DNA of 43,997 bases from an uncultured Muribaculaceae bacterium (GCA_964502485.1 CAZCXB010000001.1:1-43997), one strand, 5' to 3'; positions 1-8,009 are shown, counted from the stretch's first letter. Made by a program: numbers and translations. Notes: a model not told the origin generated them from the sequence alone.

Positions 1-17
1 TATTCGGCAAATTTCAT
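1..17 (-). CDS. 5' end of a divergently transcribed gene running off the window (MKFAE...); identity not determinable
   Basis: Minus-strand ATG AAA TTT GCC GAA at 17..3, 20 nt downstream of a minus-strand TATCTTTG box. Only 5 codons are visible. Confidence 0.4.
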
Positions 18-33
18 ATGGAGGTTTTTTGAA

Positions 34-64
34 TTTGCAAAGATACGATTATTCACTACTTTTG
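34..64 (+). promoter_or_regulatory. Bacteroidetes primary-sigma promoter for the cvpA-family gene
   Basis: TTTG (34-37), 19 nt, TACTTTTG (57-64); matches the TTTG-N19-21-TAnnTTTG consensus. Confidence 0.7.
38..45 (-). promoter_or_regulatory. -7 promoter box of the divergent upstream gene
   Basis: CAAAGATA = TATCTTTG on the minus strand; overlaps the opposite promoter. Confidence 0.6.
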
Positions 65-89
65 AAAAAAAATGATTATGGGAGTTAGC

Positions 90-581
90 ATGAACCTTAT
101 AGACATTATTCTGCTTATATGTTTTATACCCGCGCTTTTCGGAGGGATAAAGAGCGGATTCATCAAGCAAGTTGCGGCACTTGCGGCACTATTAATTGGT
201 ATTTGGGCCGGATGGCAGTTCTCATCTTTTTTTGCCGAGAGTGTCAATATCTGGAGTGATACAAACAAAATTCTTGTTAAGATCATCTCATTTGCTGCCG
301 TATTCCTTATTGTTGTCTTTTTTATTAATTTAATAGGGCACGCAATCCACGGAATACTAAACTTAGTTATGTTAGGGTGGCTTGACAAACTTCTGGGGGT
401 ACTCTTCTCGATTGTGAAGTACGGATTCATTCTCAGTATGATTATTTTTTTTATGGAGTCATTAAACACTCTCTATCCGTTTTTACCACAGCAAACCCTA
501 GATTCTTCTAAACTATACGGTTTTATATCCTCTATTGCACCGACCATATTCCCTTTTATCAAAAGTCTTATCGAGATATAA
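90..581 (+). CDS. cvpA: CvpA (colicin V production) family membrane protein
   Basis: MNLIDIILL...GIKSGFIKQ N-terminus, four hydrophobic segments, LGWLDKLLG motif and SKLY near the C-terminus. ATG 90 is preferred; 72 and 78 are possible. Confidence 0.85.
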   Translation: MNLIDIILLICFIPALFGGIKSGFIKQVAALAALLIGIWAGWQFSSFFAESVNIWSDTNKILVKIISFAAVFLIVVFFINLIGHAIHGILNLVMLGWLDKLLGVLFSIVKYGFILSMIIFFMESLNTLYPFLPQQTLDSSKLYGFISSIAPTIFPFIKSLIEI

Positions 582-918
582 ACCTGCAAAGTGCTGTTTA
601 GGATTGGTTAGATAAAAAATTGTTTCAATATTAACCCGCAAAAACAATCAGAAAATCTTTTAAAAAGAGGAAAAAAAACTAATCTCTTATACCTTTTTTT
701 TTAAGATTAACCATTTGAGTTCAATTAATCAAACTCTACTATTTTTTTATTTTCTGTCACCCTTTTATCTTTTTTTTAAGATAGATTCGCTATAGGAAAA
801 GGTGGTTCTCCTGTGGCGAGGAGTCTCTTTGGAGAGGGGGAGAGTCGGGAGAGAAGAGGGGACCTCTTTTCCTTTATAACAGATATTCGGTTGGGGCAGA
901 TTAAAGTGGAGTGAGATT

Positions 919-2973
919 ATGAGACTATCGGTTAAAATAAAACAACAGGAGAGAAGCGACTGCGGGGCCGCCTCTCTCTCATCTGTAGCTGCACATTACG
1001 GAGTCAATATTCCGTTGACAAAGATCCGTCTTTTAAGTGGCACCGATTCGGGTGGCACATCTATCAAAGGGCTTATAGAGGCTGCCACATACTATGGATT
1101 TAAAGCTGAGGGATATAAGGGGATTGAGGAGTCTCTTTCAAAAATTCCTCTGCCCGCTATTCTTCACTTGAGAAAGGCTGACGGCTATCTTCACTTTGTT
1201 GTACTTACAAAGTACTCGGGAGATTATCTCTATATAATGGATCCGGCCGAGGGGGATATTCTCAAGGTTAGCAAGAGAGATCTTCTTGAAGAGTGGACAG
1301 GCTACCTTATTCTAATACGGGATAATGGGATAAAACGGGAGAGGAGTAGTGACCAATCAGTTCTAAGGAGGTTTAAGTATCTTATCTATAAAAGAAGAAC
1401 AGAGCTTTTAAAAAGTATTGTACTATCGTCACTTCATATTGTGGCATCGCTCTCTGTTGCTCTTTTTATTAAACATCTATTAGACAATATAATCCCCTAT
1501 GGTGAGTCCGACTCACTAATCGAGGCGTCACTTTTTATGCTCGCAGTAATTTGTCTGTCGGTTCTTATCTCTGTCATGAAGTCGGGAATCCAAATAAAGA
1601 TGTCTGTCGGTACAGATAAAGAGATTATCGGTGATTATCTGGAACATATCTTTAATATTCCACTTCCTCTGTTCGGAATAATGAAAACTGGAGAGATAAC
1701 TTCCAGAATAAGTGATGTCTACAAAATAAGAACCGTTGTTACCGAGACTATTCCTGAGGCTGTGATAGCAATTATAACGCTTCTTCTCTCTCTCACTATT
1801 CTGGTAATTACAGATCTTAGATTATCATTGATATGCTCCTCCTCTATCCCTCTTTTTGCTATAATATACTATATATCAGATAGATTAAACAAACCACTTA
1901 TGAGAAGTGCGATGGAGAGAGCGGCAAGATTTCAGAGCATTGTAATAGAGTCAGTTAGATCAATAGCAACCATCAAGAACTTCGGAAATGAACAGATTGC
2001 CTTTGCAAGGAGCAAAGTGCGTCTGGAAGATTTAGGTAATACACTCGTTAAGGCAGGCAGAACATCTATCTTTACCGGTGCTGCAGCAGAGCTCACCTCT
2101 AAACTAATGACAATAGTGGTACTCTGGTCAGGAGGTACAGCGGTTATTTCGGGGATCATAACTCCGGGTGAGCTTATCTCATTCTACGCCATATCTGCAC
2201 TATTTTCAGCACCATTGCAACAGCTTGCTTCGGCAATTCCATCTCTGCGAGAAGGGAGTGTAGCGGCATCGAGACTTTATGATATAATGTCGGTTGAGAG
2301 AGAGGAGGAGTCAGATTTAGCTATATCACCTGTTATAAATAATTTGACTCTTAGCAATATCTCTTTCGGTTATCCGGGAAGAGGGATGCTGTTTAAAGAT
2401 CTCAGCTTCTCTCTGGAGAGTGGTAAGATTCTACTTCTAAAGGGGAGGAGCGGCTGCGGAAAGAGCACAATTGCATCTCTTATAATGAAGCACCTAGTAC
2501 CGACAGAGGGAGAAATAAGTGTTAACGGCCATAATATTAATACTATAGACGCCAGAAGGTGGAGAAGATCTGTATCTATAGTTCCTCAAAATCCAGATCT
2601 TTTCGGGAACACAATTTATGAGTGTATTATGGATGGTGCAGATGGGTTAAATGCTCTTTTAGGTGAAATTTGTAAGGAGCTCGAACTTAACACCATCTTT
2701 GATTCTCTGCCTAACGGCCCTGCCACACACCCGGGTGAGGGAGGGGCACTACTGTCGAGAGGAGAGCAACAGAGGGTAGCATTTGCAAGGGCTGTTATGA
2801 GAAGGCCCTCACTGCTGATTCTTGATGAGGCAACATCTTCACTTGACAGTCACTCTGCAATGTTGATCGATAAAGCAGTTTTAAAAATGAGAGACAGTGG
2901 GGTTGCTATACTGATCATATCCCACAAGGAGAGCGATATAACAATTGCCGATAAGGTGATTGATCTCAAATAA
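919..2973 (+). CDS. Peptidase-containing ABC transporter (PCAT; C39 peptidase + TMD + NBD), double-glycine peptide exporter
   Basis: QQERSDCGAA (catalytic Cys), HFVVL (His), IMDPA (Asp); TM domain; Walker A GRSGCGKST; signature LSRGEQQR; Walker B LLILDEATSSLD; H-loop IISH. Confidence 0.93.
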   Translation: MRLSVKIKQQERSDCGAASLSSVAAHYGVNIPLTKIRLLSGTDSGGTSIKGLIEAATYYGFKAEGYKGIEESLSKIPLPAILHLRKADGYLHFVVLTKYSGDYLYIMDPAEGDILKVSKRDLLEEWTGYLILIRDNGIKRERSSDQSVLRRFKYLIYKRRTELLKSIVLSSLHIVASLSVALFIKHLLDNIIPYGESDSLIEASLFMLAVICLSVLISVMKSGIQIKMSVGTDKEIIGDYLEHIFNIPLPLFGIMKTGEITSRISDVYKIRTVVTETIPEAVIAIITLLLSLTILVITDLRLSLICSSSIPLFAIIYYISDRLNKPLMRSAMERAARFQSIVIESVRSIATIKNFGNEQIAFARSKVRLEDLGNTLVKAGRTSIFTGAAAELTSKLMTIVVLWSGGTAVISGIITPGELISFYAISALFSAPLQQLASAIPSLREGSVAASRLYDIMSVEREEESDLAISPVINNLTLSNISFGYPGRGMLFKDLSFSLESGKILLLKGRSGCGKSTIASLIMKHLVPTEGEISVNGHNINTIDARRWRRSVSIVPQNPDLFGNTIYECIMDGADGLNALLGEICKELELNTIFDSLPNGPATHPGEGGALLSRGEQQRVAFARAVMRRPSLLILDEATSSLDSHSAMLIDKAVLKMRDSGVAILIISHKESDITIADKVIDLK

Positions 2974-3044
2974 AAGAGGAGGGTGCACACTCCCGGCGGA
3001 TCTCTGCGCGCCTGACTGCAGGGTAAGATTAATACAGTATAACT

Positions 3045-3233
3045 ATGAAAGAGTATGTGAATGAGGTGAGGGGGCTGAGAACTCTTGACCAAAACGAGAT
3101 GCTTGTTAAAGGGGGGATCTCCTTTAAAGAGCTTTGGAATTTGCTTAACGCAATTGGAGATGCAGTTAAAAAAGCCGAAAAATACTGGCCCAAATTCAGG
3201 GATGGATTTCAGGCAGGATGGGAGGCAGCATAA
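3045..3233 (+). CDS. Double-glycine leader peptide precursor A (putative bacteriocin component, 62 aa)
   Basis: Leader ...GLRTLDQNEMLVKGG, then a 38-aa amphipathic-looking core ending DGFQAGWEAA. Directly downstream of the PCAT, with an AT-rich start context. Confidence 0.78.
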   Translation: MKEYVNEVRGLRTLDQNEMLVKGGISFKELWNLLNAIGDAVKKAEKYWPKFRDGFQAGWEAA

Positions 3234-3448
3234 TGGACAGAGTATCATTAAACCAACTTGGGCTTGTCTCTCTTAAGATAGATGAAACAATCTCTATTAC
3301 AGGCGGAACCGGCGGATGGGACTACGATCTTGCCGAATATATCGGTATGGGAGTCGGGTACAGTGTAAAGAAAATCTGGAGAGTTTTCCGTTTTCTGAGC
3401 AAAAACCTGTACGAAATGCAAGCTAATACTCAGGTAATCTACAAATAA
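3233..3448 (+). CDS. Double-glycine leader peptide precursor B (putative bacteriocin component, 71 aa)
   Basis: ATG overlaps the stop of peptide A (TAATG, 3231-3235). Leader ...GLVSLKIDETISITGG with L-12, E-8, I-4; 46-aa core containing GMGVG. Confidence 0.8.
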   Translation: MDRVSLNQLGLVSLKIDETISITGGTGGWDYDLAEYIGMGVGYSVKKIWRVFRFLSKNLYEMQANTQVIYK

Positions 3449-3497
3449 ATTCCTTGAGAAAATAGTTAATAACAGGAGTTTGTAATAGAAAAAAATA

Positions 3498-3505
3498 TAA
3501 CTTTG
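3498..3505 (+). promoter_or_regulatory. -7 promoter box for the tolC-MFP-tsaB operon
   Basis: TAACTTTG just upstream of ATG 3512. Confidence 0.6.
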
Positions 3506-3511
3506 CACATT

Positions 3512-4831
3512 ATGAAAAAATATTACAGACTCCTTTTATTACTACTGCTGATGATTCCCGGCATCCTCTCCGGACAAAAGAGATGGAGCCTGGAGGATTG
3601 TATCAGATATGCCTGGGATAACAACCTGAGAATCAAACAACAGGAACTTGCTGTAGAGCAGAGTGAGAATAATCTCGCTCAATCCAGGCTAAACTTCATA
3701 CCTACTCTGAATGCATCCCTGAGCCACTCCATGAATTGGGGACGTTCTGTGAATGTTCAGGATCTGGAAATTATTGAGAATAAGCTCTCTCAAAGCACAA
3801 GTGCAAGTGCAAGAGCAGCGGTTGGACTATTTGAAGGTTTTACCAAACAGAATGAGATAAAGAGCAGGGTTGTTCAGGTAGAGGTATCTCTTCAGGAGGT
3901 AGAGAAGTTAAGGAACGACATCTCTGTTGAGATTGCAAGATCATATCTTCAGATACTGCTCTCGGGTGAGATTTTGCGGACGGCGCAACAGAGCTTCTCA
4001 AGTGTTGAGGAGCAGTTGGAGAGGGCGCGTAAACTTGTAGATGCGGGAAGTGTTGCCTACAGCACCCTTCTCGAGGTTGAGGCTCAGCTTGCTGCTGAGA
4101 GGTTCCAGGTAGTCAATGCAGAAAATCAACTTAAAAGCGCACGTCTCACTCTCAGACATATGCTTGATCTTGAAAATGATGCATCCTTTGAAATTGAGGA
4201 GGTTAATATAGATTTTCTAGTAACAGACTTTAAGGGCGAATCTATAGAAGATCTGTACCGTTTGTCACAGGATCTGCCTCAAATTAAAAGTGCAGAGCTC
4301 AACCTAGATAACTCATCGCTTCAGTTAGCGATTGCCAAGGGGAGAGCACTCCCATCCGTTTCATTCTCTGCAGGATATGGCACCTACTACAGCGACAGTA
4401 GGGATCAGGCGTTTTTTGACCAGTTTAACGAGAACAGGAATCCCTCTCTCGGTTTTGGGTTAAGTATCCCTATTTTTAATAACCATCAGGTTAAGAATGC
4501 AGTCAAAAATGCCAAGCTTGGTGTCAGGAGTGCAACAATTGAGGTGAAGAGCCGTCAGCAGATGCTCTATAAAGAGATTCAACAGGCAAATAACGATGCT
4601 ATGTCCTATTACCAAAGGTACAAGGCGTCGGAGAGAAATGTTGAGGCGATGCAGGAGTCTTTCAGATATGTTCAGCAAAAATTCGATATCGGAATATTGA
4701 GTGCAACTGATTATACTGTGGCAAAAACAAATCTCTTTAAAGCACAATCAGAATATTATCAGTCTAAATATCAGTATGTTTTCCAGTTAAGAATATTAGA
4801 TTTCTATAAAGGAAAACCAATCTCCCTCTAA
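3512..4831 (+). CDS. TolC family outer-membrane efflux protein
   Basis: Signal peptide, WSLEDCIRYA, two helical outer-membrane efflux repeats (PTLNAS... and LPSVSFSAGY...LSIPIFN), C-terminal LDFYKG. ATG 3512 is preferred over TTG 3503. Confidence 0.92.
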   Translation: MKKYYRLLLLLLLMIPGILSGQKRWSLEDCIRYAWDNNLRIKQQELAVEQSENNLAQSRLNFIPTLNASLSHSMNWGRSVNVQDLEIIENKLSQSTSASARAAVGLFEGFTKQNEIKSRVVQVEVSLQEVEKLRNDISVEIARSYLQILLSGEILRTAQQSFSSVEEQLERARKLVDAGSVAYSTLLEVEAQLAAERFQVVNAENQLKSARLTLRHMLDLENDASFEIEEVNIDFLVTDFKGESIEDLYRLSQDLPQIKSAELNLDNSSLQLAIAKGRALPSVSFSAGYGTYYSDSRDQAFFDQFNENRNPSLGFGLSIPIFNNHQVKNAVKNAKLGVRSATIEVKSRQQMLYKEIQQANNDAMSYYQRYKASERNVEAMQESFRYVQQKFDIGILSATDYTVAKTNLFKAQSEYYQSKYQYVFQLRILDFYKGKPISL

Positions 4832-4842
4832 ATGAATATACA

Positions 4843-6114
4843 ATGAGTTTCAAAAAGAATATCAAATGGATTATTGCAGCAGCAGTTGTTATTATTGTAG
4901 TGCTTGCAGTTATAGGAAGTAAAAAGGGTAAAAGTGCTTTGCCTGTCACTTCCGAGATTATCACCAGAAAAAGTATAGTTGAGGTTATACCGGCAAATGG
5001 TAAGATCAAACCGGTTGTGGAGGTAAAGATAAGTCCCGATGTCTCAGGAGAGATAATCGAGCTTCACTTTAAAGAGGGAGATTACATAAAAAAGGGCGAT
5101 CTTATCATAAAAATCAAACAGGATGTATATATCTCCATGAGAGAGAGAGCTGAGGCGTCGCTAAACTCAGTAAAGGCTCAGCTGACACAACTGTTGGCAC
5201 AGTTCTCACAGATTGAGCAGAGCTATACCCGTAACAAGACGCTATACGAACAGAAGGCAATATCACAAGCCGATTATGAGACAAGCCTATCCCAATATAA
5301 TGTTACAAAAGAGCAGATCAAAGCAGCTGAGTTTAATGTAAAGAGCGCAACTGCCACTCTTAAAGAGGCACAGGAGAATCTCACTAAGACAGTTATCTAT
5401 GCTCCAATGGACGGCATTATCTCAAAAATGAGTGTAGAGAAGGGGGAGCGTGTGGTTGGAACATCTCAGATGGCAGGAACCGAGATGTTAAGAATTGCAG
5501 ACTTTAGCCAGATGGAGGTGCTTGTGGATGTTAACGAAAATGATATCATCCGTATCAAACAGGGTGACACTGCTATTGTTGATGTTGATGCATATCCTAA
5601 CCGTAAATTTACAGGGGTTGTAACACAGATTGCCAACTCTGCAAAGAATATAGGCTCTTCAATTGATCAGGTTACCAATTTTGAGGTGAAGATATTCCTG
5701 ATTTCCGAATCATATTCGGACCTTGAGATTAATGGCAGAAACCCTTTCCGCCCAGGGATGTCGGCCTCTGTATCAATACAGACTGACAGAAAAGATAGTG
5801 CACTTGCAATACCGCTTCAAGCTATAACAACAAGATCAGACCTCGCTTCCGACAGCCTCAGGAAAACTCTTGGAGTAAACGAATCCCTCGAACAGGTTTT
5901 TGTAATCAAAGAGGATAATAGTGTAGATGTCAGAATTATAACAACAGGTATTCAGGATCTCAGCAATATAGAGGTTCTATCCGGACTTGAAGAGGGAGAG
6001 AAGATTGTAACCGGACCATTCGCTGCTATTAGCAGGAGCCTTAAAAAGGACTCTAAAGTAAATCCTGATAGCGGAGATAAGGGTGGTGCAGCTACTAACC
6101 TGCCAAAACCTTAA
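4843..6114 (+). CDS. Efflux periplasmic adaptor / membrane fusion protein (MacA/HlyD-like)
   Basis: N-terminal TM anchor, ISPDVSGEI...EGDYIKKGD lipoyl half, coiled-coil hairpin, IYAPMDGII, FRPGMSA, VLSGLEEGEKIV. Confidence 0.92.
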   Translation: MSFKKNIKWIIAAAVVIIVVLAVIGSKKGKSALPVTSEIITRKSIVEVIPANGKIKPVVEVKISPDVSGEIIELHFKEGDYIKKGDLIIKIKQDVYISMRERAEASLNSVKAQLTQLLAQFSQIEQSYTRNKTLYEQKAISQADYETSLSQYNVTKEQIKAAEFNVKSATATLKEAQENLTKTVIYAPMDGIISKMSVEKGERVVGTSQMAGTEMLRIADFSQMEVLVDVNENDIIRIKQGDTAIVDVDAYPNRKFTGVVTQIANSAKNIGSSIDQVTNFEVKIFLISESYSDLEINGRNPFRPGMSASVSIQTDRKDSALAIPLQAITTRSDLASDSLRKTLGVNESLEQVFVIKEDNSVDVRIITTGIQDLSNIEVLSGLEEGEKIVTGPFAAISRSLKKDSKVNPDSGDKGGAATNLPKP

Positions 6115-6136
6115 TACTCAAAAATAGCTGTTTCTG

Positions 6137-6856
6137 ATGCCATCTTCCGGGCCCCTTTTACTCTATATCGAGACAAGTACCGACCTCTGCTCGGTAGCTC
6201 TCTCTATAGGCTCCCGGCTTATAGATGAAAAAATTTCACGCGAATCCAGAGCACATGCGAGGGTAATTGCACCTATGACTCTGGAGATACTAAAGGATTC
6301 AGGATACACAATTGATAATTGCGATGCTGTTGTTGTAAGCGGAGGTCCAGGATCCTATACCGGCTTAAGGGTAGGTGTCTCACTTGCCAAAGGGTTGTGT
6401 TACGGCTCCGGCAAACCTCTTATCTCAGTGGAATCAGTCGAGCTTCTTGCAAATATTGCATTCAAGGTTCTTTTACCTCAATATCCGGGAACTACAGCTA
6501 TCATCCCCGCTATGGATGCAAGAAGAATGGAGATCTATACAGCTACTTACAGTTCAAACATGGAGATGATATCTCCTGTAAAGGCACTGGTGGTTGACAA
6601 CAGAAGCTTTACAGAGATCCTGGATAAGGGTATTGCTCTTTTCTGCGGTGACGGTGCATTGAAACTAATGGAGGTTATAGATCACCCTAACGCACGCTTT
6701 ATCTCACTCGAGGCTCTCTCTAATGGAATGATAGATATAGCATTAAGGAAATTTCAAGCAGGTGAATTTGAAGATACAGCAATGTATGAACCACTATATC
6801 TCAAGGATTTTATTGCCGGAGTAACAAAGAGAGGACCTCTTAATTTTGAGAAGTGA
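6137..6856 (+). CDS. tsaB: tRNA threonylcarbamoyladenosine biosynthesis protein TsaB
   Basis: IETSTDLCSVAL, GPGSYTGLRVG, MDARRMEIY, EPLYLK. Confidence 0.95.
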   Translation: MPSSGPLLLYIETSTDLCSVALSIGSRLIDEKISRESRAHARVIAPMTLEILKDSGYTIDNCDAVVVSGGPGSYTGLRVGVSLAKGLCYGSGKPLISVESVELLANIAFKVLLPQYPGTTAIIPAMDARRMEIYTATYSSNMEMISPVKALVVDNRSFTEILDKGIALFCGDGALKLMEVIDHPNARFISLEALSNGMIDIALRKFQAGEFEDTAMYEPLYLKDFIAGVTKRGPLNFEK

Positions 6857-6860
6857 CCCT

Positions 6861-8009
6861 CTATCTAAGCAAGGAGGCTATCTTTCTTTCAAGATCATTT
6901 TCGAAGAGATCTCTTGCAACAATTGTCCCCTCTCTGTCTATAATAAAGATTGACGGAAGCTTCTGGATATTATATGTTGTAACAGCGATTGATCTTGGAC
7001 CCATACCGTCACATACACTTATCCATGGGAGTGATTGCTCCGAGACAGCCCTTGCCCATGCAGTCTTGTCTGTATCTGCCGAAACTTGATAAATTTCAAG
7101 ACCCTTAGAACTGTATTTCTCATATAACTCCTTAAGATCTAAATTCATCATTCTCTGAGCAGCATCATTTACACTCCAGAATGAGAGGATTATAACCTTA
7201 CCTGAGAGATCGGAGAGAGTCTGCATCTGTGCTTTATTGTCCGGTAGTGTCAGATTTGGAAAACCAAGATTTGCTGCATCTGAGATCTTTGAGTTAATAA
7301 TCTCCTCCTTATCTCTCAATGATATCTCATTTGCAAGAGATGTAAGATAATTTGAGTTTGGGTAGACTACAATCAGTGAGTCATAAACTCTTCTGAAGAG
7401 CATAACATCCCTTATATCCGCAAAAAGTGGTACCTGTGGGGAGAATCTGTGATAAAGCAGAATCATGTTGGTAAGAGAGTGGGGATTCTTGTAGATATAT
7501 TTTATTGCATCCTGCTTCTCTTTCACATAGAGTGCCCCCAATTCATAGTTAATTTTATCTGATTTTTGAGAATTACCTGCCATGGTGGCAACCTGCATCT
7601 CATTACTTAGAGAGTCAAACTTTTTTTTTGCCTCCGAAATCTTCTTTTCCAGCAAGATGAGTCGTTGGCTCTCATCTGAACCCTCTACACTCTGTTTGTT
7701 TGCAAGAGTATCTGTATAGATATTTACTCTGTCTCCTGGAAGAAGGATAAGAGAAGATAGTTTTCTCTCCTTATGGTAGAGGTAATAGAACTCAGGGGCC
7801 TTGGAGCTCTTGTTTACTCTATAGCTGAACTTGCCATTTTTTACATCAATTGTATCTAAAGTACGCTGTGTATTGAGCTCAAGGATACGGAGAACCAACT
7901 CCCCGTCGTTTAAACCCTCAACTACACCCTCAATTTTTGCGTATTGACTGTTCTTAGAACAGGAGAGAGCAGATATGGTTATAAGTGCAAGGATGATAAG
8001 TTTTCTCAT
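6861..8009 (-). CDS. TlpA/AhpC-TSA-like thioredoxin-fold lipoprotein (DUF4369-type N-terminus), lacking CxxC
   Basis: Lipobox ISALSC; C-terminal LSDLSGKVIILSFW...GLEIYQVSAD...LPW...LPSIFIIDREGTIVAR thioredoxin fold. Confidence 0.82.
   Translation of the reverse strand: MRKLIILALITISALSCSKNSQYAKIEGVVEGLNDGELVLRILELNTQRTLDTIDVKNGKFSYRVNKSSKAPEFYYLYHKERKLSSLILLPGDRVNIYTDTLANKQSVEGSDESQRLILLEKKISEAKKKFDSLSNEMQVATMAGNSQKSDKINYELGALYVKEKQDAIKYIYKNPHSLTNMILLYHRFSPQVPLFADIRDVMLFRRVYDSLIVVYPNSNYLTSLANEISLRDKEEIINSKISDAANLGFPNLTLPDNKAQMQTLSDLSGKVIILSFWSVNDAAQRMMNLDLKELYEKYSSKGLEIYQVSADTDKTAWARAVSEQSLPWISVCDGMGPRSIAVTTYNIQKLPSIFIIDREGTIVARDLFENDLERKIASLLR

Noticed and set aside
56..469. 137-aa minus-strand ORF
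   Set aside because: Antisense shadow of cvpA with no motifs.
90..581. cvpA ('colicin V production') next to a colicin V-type exporter as a dedicated part of the system
   Set aside because: CvpA is a widespread housekeeping membrane protein; it has its own promoter and is 337 nt from the PCAT. The name alone is not evidence.
831..861. G-quadruplex in the PCAT leader
   Set aside because: Only three runs of 3 or more G, and these also fit Watson-Crick stems.
3045..3448. Lanthipeptide, sactipeptide or bacteroidetocin assignment
   Set aside because: The cores have no Cys and no modifying enzyme is encoded nearby.
3085..3508. Alternative ORFs 3085-3276 (+), 3248-3508 (-) and 2850-3248 (-) as immunity or extra peptide genes
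   Set aside because: They overlap the two better-supported GG-leader peptides in other frames or strands, and have no leader or convincing features.
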